Source: Bigelowiella natans CCMP2755 (lineage: Eukaryota > Protista > Cercozoa). Taken from it: a stretch of DNA of 62,091 nucleotides. A program made the position numbers and the translations under genes. The first letter of the stretch is position 1. Each line of letters begins with the position of its first letter. The stretch covers positions 1 to 62,091 of the forward strand of contig ADNK01000947.1 in NCBI GenBank assembly GCA_000320545.1, given 5' to 3'. The notes beneath the pieces were generated by a model, which worked only from the letters and a program-made list of their open reading frames with translations, had not been told where the DNA came from and ran no database searches. Shown here piece by piece: positions 58,272 to 62,091 of the stretch.

Positions 58272-60630
58272 ATAGCAGTAGTCTAATTGAAATATAATTT
58301 TCAAACTACTTACTGATAACTTCTAGTTTGCAAAACAGTGTGTGACTTTAAAACTAACTTGATACTACTATTTAATACTGCTACTACTCCTACTACTACT
58401 ACTACTACATACTATTATCTGTCTGGATGAGGATGAAGATGATGGTGATGAGTACTCCTCACCGCTCGTTTAAATTTGAGAGTTGAATATAGTTGTTGCT
58501 CCACAAGACCCTCAGAGGATTTCTTCTGGCAAACCTGATTGATTTACTATACGTGAGTAGTAGCAATCATGGAGATTGTCATCCACCGAATATACAATTT
58601 GTAGTACTACCCTTCCTACTAGACCTTCTCCTATTTTGAATGAAGTACCTAGGTTACCCTGCAGCAGCAGGGAAAGTAGAAAACACACACACATAACTCA
58701 CTCTATTATTCTCCCTCCCGTTTTGTAGGCACGTATCAATCATCATAGAAGTAAAAATGACGATGGTTAATGATGCAACTTTTAAATATAATGATCAGAG
58801 GTATTATAACGATGGTCAATACAACTTTTAAATATGATGATAAGAGGTATTTGTTGTTACTAATATATATTCGTTGATCAAAGGTTAATACTTCTTTCCA
58901 TTTTTCCAATCCATTCATAACAATGCATTCAGCCACCCAGATCAGACCTATATTGGTCATGATCGTACGCCGCTTTGGTAATTTCAAGCACGTGAGAAAG
59001 AATTCGGAAATATATTTTTCTACCACCTCCAAATATGATAAGATTTACCATGGACTCATCATAATACACGTATGCTTACATTGAAGAAAGAAACGATTAT
59101 AATTTTTTGTTTAGCAAGTGTTCCTGCAATTGTTCCTACTCTTCATCCTCCTCCCCCTCCTCTTCCTCCCCCCCCTCCTCCTTAGGTACCATCATCTTCT
59201 ATCCAGATTTCACAACCCTAAAATATAATTAATTGGACAAGATAAGTGATAAGAAGAGGGGATCTAATTATTGCTATTGTTCGCTGAAAAGCTATAATAT
59301 CTGAATTCGTGATCTACCTCAAACAGAGATTTTAAAATTTGTCTTGAAAAAAACTTTTTGAAGTTTTTGTGCGATCTGTGGTATATAGAAATATTATTTC
59401 AGTCTCCTACCGACAAGAACACTTCTTACGCTACTGCAACCTCTTTCACTTTCGGCTCAATCCTATGCGAGATAGTTGCAAACATATTATTTATGATGAT
59501 GTTTGAAAGAAATAAATTGGTTAATGACTTTCCCTCATAAATAACAAAACCACCTATCACTCCAGCTTCGAGAGAGTTGACCATCCCCAGCTGAAATCTC
59601 CCATTTCTGAATCTGATAGTTCAATCATCCATCTCTCGAAATCCTATTTAGAAATCTTATTAATGAAAACCATAATACCATTTTTCCACCCGCCTCAACG
59701 TATGCACTGCTGTACTTCATTTTCTTTGTAGACAAAAAGATTACGACGAAGTTTACCTGTCACAATTACGACGAAGTGCTCCTGTCATAAATTAGTAATA
59801 GTAGTAGTGGTAGCGCCAAGGGGCTACTGTGTGATGATGCATTGGATTAGTTAGCCGTCATCATTTTCATTTGTACATTTCCGTATGTCCCTGGAAATCC
59901 AAACGCTGAAATGATGCCTAAATGATGAACTCACTCAGAATGATGATGATTCTTATTAATAATCATCATACTGATTAGTGTACCTAATGCTTTTGCAACA
60001 GGTGCCCGAGGTGCAAGCTGTTCATCTACAGAGGAAAGGTCCTCACACCACTCCAAGGTTTTCTAATCATTAGTTATTACACCATCATATTACGGAAGTG
60101 GAAAGATCATCACACCACTCCAAGTTTTCTAATGATTGGTTATTACACTATTCTTTTCAGATACTTCCTCCTCATACCGATCAATATATCAGTCACAACT
60201 CTGAGTATTACCTTGGAATGAATACGGCCTACTATACCCTTGCCTTCGCAGAAAACGTTATTTCTTGTTGCCTCCGACCAGGATTGCTCGACGAGGTAGT
60301 CATTCGCCTGTTAAAAGAGCAGCAGCATAATCATTTGACGACGAGGATCTACGGCTAGTAAAAATTGATAGCATATCATTCGACGACAACATATCTACGG
60401 CTAATTCGTAACATAGCACCTTCACCATAGCCAGGGATAAGCCGTTTCCTGAATAATTTGGAATCCACAGCTCAGCTAAAGAGAAACCCATAGAAGCTGC
60501 AACCGATAATGCATCTTGCTCGAATAGATGCGTTAGTGAAGTCAGCATTGCGCCGTCCCCCATGACAGCGGTTCCTGATGGAATTCGGGTGTGGACTAGT
60601 GACCGGTAGCAGGTACAACGAGTACACACA

Positions 60631-60667
<37 letters not shown>

Positions 60668-60800
60668 TGAATATGATGATGATTCATACTTCATACTTTG
60701 ATGTTGGTTGCTGCTGTGCTGATTGATGAGCGTGCTGGTGGTGAAAATCCCCGTGCGGCGTTTGCGTTTGCTTGATGATGCATTCTTGCTGCAATGTCTT
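53384..60800 (-). CDS. Putative transcription factor: two tandem GAF-like (NIN/NLP-type) domains + Q/S/N-rich linker + two Kruppel C2H2 zinc fingers
   Basis: GAF1: [14 protein letters not shown]|..[24 protein letters not shown]|[31 protein letters not shown] (60590-59870). GAF2: CEIWIEDDG|LIWVAEC..LEKWKE|[16 protein letters not shown]|VCQKK..FKRA|[23 protein letters not shown] (59217-57830). Small phase-0 exons link these to ORF 55948-56976. Final exons: [13 protein letters not shown]|[38 protein letters not shown]...* (TGA 53386-53384). 5' end not resolved (may reach ~61220). Confidence 0.72.
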
Positions 60801-61601
60801 TCTCTCTAGATGCCCTGCATTGCTCACTTTTGGTGTTACTCTCTTTCCCTAGAGTCTAGATACTTCTACACTGTAGAAGAGATAAGTAACAAGTTTTTTA
60901 AGTAAAAGTATGTAACAAAATCCATGGAAATCTATGGAAAATGTTCTTTCTTGTGCAGAAGATGGAGCTTTTCTCCTCCTTCACTTCTCAGAAGATGTTT
61001 GACATAGGAACAGTTCAATTCCATCTCAGTCCACATCTGCGACATGGTTTTATTCCAAATATGTTTGACATAGCTTAGAAGAGAGTTTTTTCAAGCCACT
61101 CTAAGGCACAGAATTACCTTAAAAAAACATGGTAAGAAAGTACTTTCTACTTCCCCACGGAAGCCAGCGACCTGCATGCATGTGCTCCTGTATGTTGAAT
61201 GTTGGAAGTAAGAAGACTGAGAAGATATATTGCTAACAAACAGAGTTACGACAACGTAGTTTGCCCGTCGTAATTCTATATCGAGCATGAAATAGAACAG
61301 GAATCTTTTAATCATTTAAATGGAAATTGCGACAAGGACAAAAGACTCAAAAATTATAAATTCGGAACCTACGGAAAACCACGGGATCTAAGATCGAAAT
61401 AAAATCCAATGGAGGACGGACACCTTCCGAAATAAGTGGTAGTTGCTACAGGGGTCAATGGAATGAATAGAAAAATACATTTCGCCGGTTTCCAGAATCG
61501 GGAACGATACTTGGGGATATTTCTCTTTCTTGCAACGACCAGCTTCTTAATCAGAAGCAGGGAGAGCAGACTTTCTCTCATCAACTTGGAGCTGAGTCCT
61601 G

Positions 61602-62022
61602 ATGATGGCCCTCGAGGAGAAGGTAGTAAATCTAATTATCTTGGACGTTGTTGTCAGCTTCCTAAATGAATCCTAACGATTCATCATCTACAGTCGCATG
61701 CAAAATGCATGGACATAATAGGAAGCTAAGACATTCGTGGGCAGAAAATTCAAAGCAAAGGTGTATACCAATGAATTCATCAAGGAAATGGATAATCGAT
61801 TTTACCCTTCCTATATGCAACTTAGAGCTGCTCTGGAAGCTAGACAATTCAATTTTTCACGAGTCCCAATGAGTACAACGAAACGAAGCGAGGGGGCTGA
61901 CACCACACATCGATGGATGAGGATGATGATGATGGCCCAAGGGGGTGGACGTGGCATGCAAGCTAATCCCAGATATGGGTGAGAAAGAAGAAGAAGAAGA
62001 GAAAAGATAAGAGGAAGAGGCT

Positions 62023-62091
<69 letters not shown>
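61602..62091 (+). CDS. 5' part of an unknown gene continuing beyond right edge
   Basis: MMALEEK (61602-61622, donor gtagta) splices in phase 0 to EAKTFVGRKFKAKVYTNEFIKEMDNRFYPSYMQLRAALEARQFNFSRVP... (61722-61978, donor gtgaga). Confidence 0.45.

Overview
Eukaryotic nuclear DNA from an intron-rich, microsatellite-saturated protist. A chlorarachniophyte/rhizarian is my tentative guess from gene style only. No rRNA, tRNA, CRISPR array or intact transposon was seen, and most ORF-track entries are translated microsatellites. Manual GT-AG splicing gives about 15 genes: coiled-coil protein (-, runs off the left edge); ankyrin+EF-hand (+); a head-to-head pair of predicted secreted Cys-containing proteins; PRC2 subunit EED/ESC/FIE (-); PPR protein (+, with an apparent 1-nt frameshift); intron-poor ankyrin gene (-); coiled-coil hypothetical (-); TEX9 (+); C2HC-zinc-finger+PAS protein (+); EDR2-C/DUF1336 protein (-); F-box protein (+); tandem-GAF + 2xC2H2 transcription factor (-); and the start of an unknown gene (+). 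The most striking unexplained structure is non-coding. DNA between convergent (tail-to-tail) genes carries a TG/CA-rich signature with strong CTAG excess, and one such gap has an 823-bp stretch with no TpA at all. Divergent promoter gaps lack this signature. This suggests a base-modification/mutation or termination system acting at convergent gene ends. All gene models and counts are by hand; many exon boundaries are approximate.
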